17,682 nt of DNA from contig JBDHWW010000057.1 in the NCBI GenBank assembly GCA_039810425.1, positions 1-17,682 of the forward strand. Direction: 5' to 3'. The DNA is from Pseudobdellovibrionaceae bacterium (lineage in GTDB: Bacteria > Bdellovibrionota > Bdellovibrionia > Bdellovibrionales > Bdellovibrionaceae). Made by a program: the position numbers and the translations under genes. The notes below the pieces were generated by a model. That model saw only the letters and a list, made by a program, of their open reading frames with translations. It had not been told where the DNA came from and did not search any database. Each line of letters opens with the position of its first letter. Positions within the stretch are counted from its first letter, which is position 1. Shown piece by piece: positions 15,720-17,682 of the stretch.

Positions 15720-17348
15720 ATGGATTTACAGGCAAAAGTTGATCAACTGGAAGACCGTGTTTTGCACTTAGAAAAAATGCTCGGAGTGGCGGAGGCAGAG
15801 CCGGTGGTAGCCACCGTCAAGACGACCACAGTGCTGACGGCCTCTCTTCCGACCTCGGTCCCGGTCCAAGAGAAATCTCTTTCTCAAAGCAACATGAGTT
15901 GGCTGGGGTTGGCGGGGATTGCCTTTGTCGTCATGGCCGCCCTGTATTTGGTGAAACTTGCAGTGGATTCTGGATGGCTGACTCCGTTCCGCCAAGTGGT
16001 TCTTGCAACCGCTTTGGGTTTTTCACTGATTGTCGCGGCCTTTAAAATCAAAACTCAGGACCGCGAGTATTTAAGCTACTTGCCCGCAGCGGGTTGTATT
16101 ATTTTATTTCTCACAGCACTCGGGGGATGCCTCATTCATAAGCTTTACGATCCTCTTGTGGCCTTACTGTTTTGCGGGATTGTTTCCATCGGTTGCATAC
16201 TTATTTACGAACGCCTTTTGCTGTTCCCGTACTTGTTGCTTTCGAACATCGGAGCTTATTTAATTCCATTTTTCTTCTCAGGGGCGATTCAAGCCGATCT
16301 GATCCAGAATTACTTCCTGATAGTGTCGGCCACTTACACGGTGATTGCCGTTATTTTAGAGTCTCGGCCGATCAACCTTATTGCGGCCTACTTTGCGCTC
16401 TTCACCACTGCGATTATCGGTTTTTCCACGCCGTCAGAGCTTTCCGCCGGCGCCGTCTATCTGGCGCTACAGGCCATTGTTTTTATCGGCGGGACTCTCT
16501 ATCATACTTTCAGTCTCAAACGCCCGCTAGAAACAGCGCAGTCTTTGGCGTATTTTCCTTTGATTTTGTTTTTCTATGGCCTTGAGTATTCCTTCCTCGA
16601 CCGCCTTTATCCCGAAGCCGCCCCTTTTGCCGCCGTGGGTTTCGCGGCGGTCCTCCTTATGATCTACAATCTCTTGAAAAGGCATTTGCCGAAAGAGACG
16701 GCGCTACCGAGTGAAGATATTCTTTTGTCTTCGGCGTCACTGGTTTTAACCCATGCGGTTTACTTTGTGCTGACGCCGGATATTTACCAACCCCTGCTTT
16801 TCATCGCGCTTGCGGGAATTGCGCTCTATTTTTATCACAACGCCACTTGGCCACGGAGTTGGGAGCTTTTCCGGAAAATTCTTAAAGCGATTGGCTTTGG
16901 GCTGGCGGCTTGGAATTACGCCATGGTTTTATTTTCTCTGCTGACGAAAAATGAAAATATCTGGACCGCTTCTGGTTTTTTTATGTCGGTGGGGCTTTTG
17001 GGAACTTTCAGGTTCTCGGGGGTTTTCAAAAAACAACAAGAGGATATTCCCGCCATTCTTTACACTCCGCACGTGCTCATGGCGGCGAGTCTTTACGCGA
17101 TCCTAAAATCTTTTGGCTCTTTTGCGGTGTCTTTAGCCTGGGCACTTTATGCCTTGGCGGTGTTAGGTTACGGTTTTAAGAACAAAGATAAAACCTTCGC
17201 CCGCTCGTCACTGGTGATTCTGATTTTGTCTTCGCTCAAGGCATTTTTTTATGACCTGTCGGGTGCAAACACCGAAGCCCGGATCGCGTGTCTTCTGGTG
17301 ACGGGGATCTTACTTTATATTTCGGGCTGGATGTTTAGAAAAATTTGA
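15720..17348 (+). CDS. DUF2339-like polytopic membrane protein
   Basis: N-terminal coiled coil (LEDRVLHLE); WLGLAG…YLVKLAVDSGWLTPFRQV; many TM helices; C-terminal LKAFFYDLSG…ARIACLLVTG motif; SD GGGAG. Confidence 0.85.
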   Translation: MDLQAKVDQLEDRVLHLEKMLGVAEAEPVVATVKTTTVLTASLPTSVPVQEKSLSQSNMSWLGLAGIAFVVMAALYLVKLAVDSGWLTPFRQVVLATALGFSLIVAAFKIKTQDREYLSYLPAAGCIILFLTALGGCLIHKLYDPLVALLFCGIVSIGCILIYERLLLFPYLLLSNIGAYLIPFFFSGAIQADLIQNYFLIVSATYTVIAVILESRPINLIAAYFALFTTAIIGFSTPSELSAGAVYLALQAIVFIGGTLYHTFSLKRPLETAQSLAYFPLILFFYGLEYSFLDRLYPEAAPFAAVGFAAVLLMIYNLLKRHLPKETALPSEDILLSSASLVLTHAVYFVLTPDIYQPLLFIALAGIALYFYHNATWPRSWELFRKILKAIGFGLAAWNYAMVLFSLLTKNENIWTASGFFMSVGLLGTFRFSGVFKKQQEDIPAILYTPHVLMAASLYAILKSFGSFAVSLAWALYALAVLGYGFKNKDKTFARSSLVILILSSLKAFFYDLSGANTEARIACLLVTGILLYISGWMFRKI

Positions 17349-17514
17349 AAACTGATCCCTTACGCTAAGGACTTTCTTCCTCAATTAAACCATATCTATA
17401 TGCAAACCCTTATCCGGCCCGCGTTGTTGTGAGTGCTTGGTGATAGTGTGTCGACGTGAAATCAAGGATTTGGTGGAGAGTGCGGAGTTTTTTATTGCCG
17501 CAAAGTCACTGCAA

Positions 17515-17682
17515 ACAGACATCCTGTCTGTAGAGGGCTCTCCCCTCAAACTCCCGCTACTCCTGATGCCTCCCGCATCAGGAGTTCTAGGCACTATTCA
17601 GGAGCTCCAGGCTTAATTGGGATAATAAAGACGGACCCGGATGGTCCGTCTTTTCCCGGGGAATGGGGGCGGACGGCCCCCA
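17515..17682. repeat. Intergenic cluster of five hairpins with 5-nt loops (REP/MITE-like element or structured RNA; may continue past the window)
   Basis: Stems at 17515-17531 (6 bp), 17533-17547 (5 bp), 17559-17585 (11 bp), 17627-17653 (11 bp) and 17664-17682 (7 bp); all are perfect with 5-nt loops. Confidence 0.65.

Noticed and set aside
17471..17543. Canonical tRNA or tmRNA gene (TGGTGGAG end)
   Set aside because: No TTCRA T-loop, D-arm or anticodon arm; kept only as a low-interest finding.
17515..17682. CRISPR array
   Set aside because: The hairpins differ in sequence, with no repeat-spacer periodicity and no cas genes.

Overview
Chromosomal window of roughly balanced GC, most likely from a Bdellovibrio-like predator (Bdellovibrionota). 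This is inferred from the characteristic fibre protein and the many exported hydrolases and lipoproteins. The left part (+ strand) encodes a trypsin-like lipoprotein protease with a P-proprotein domain, a POTRA-less Omp85-type barrel, a Leu/Phe/Val dehydrogenase, yfgM-bamB and a small Cys-containing lipoprotein. A 28-bp XerC/XerD dif-like site lies at 6400-6427, where gene orientation converges, so the window probably spans the replication terminus. Directly beside it (- strand) is a two-gene unit with a putative sigma28-type leaderless promoter. It encodes an 88-aa lipoprotein with a duplicated C-terminal motif and a 1170-aa mosaic phage-tail-fibre-like adhesin with a beta-helix and a C-type-lectin/FGE-like tip. 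Further right are a TolB-repeat/PA/M28/PDZ peptidase, an exported 2H phosphoesterase lipoprotein, a DUF333-like secreted protein, an RlmC/RlmD-type m5U RNA methyltransferase and a DUF2339 membrane protein. The window ends in a non-coding cluster of five hairpins with 5-nt loops. No rRNA, canonical tRNA, CRISPR array, transposase, integrase or reverse transcriptase was seen. All family calls come from motif recognition by eye; no database search was run.
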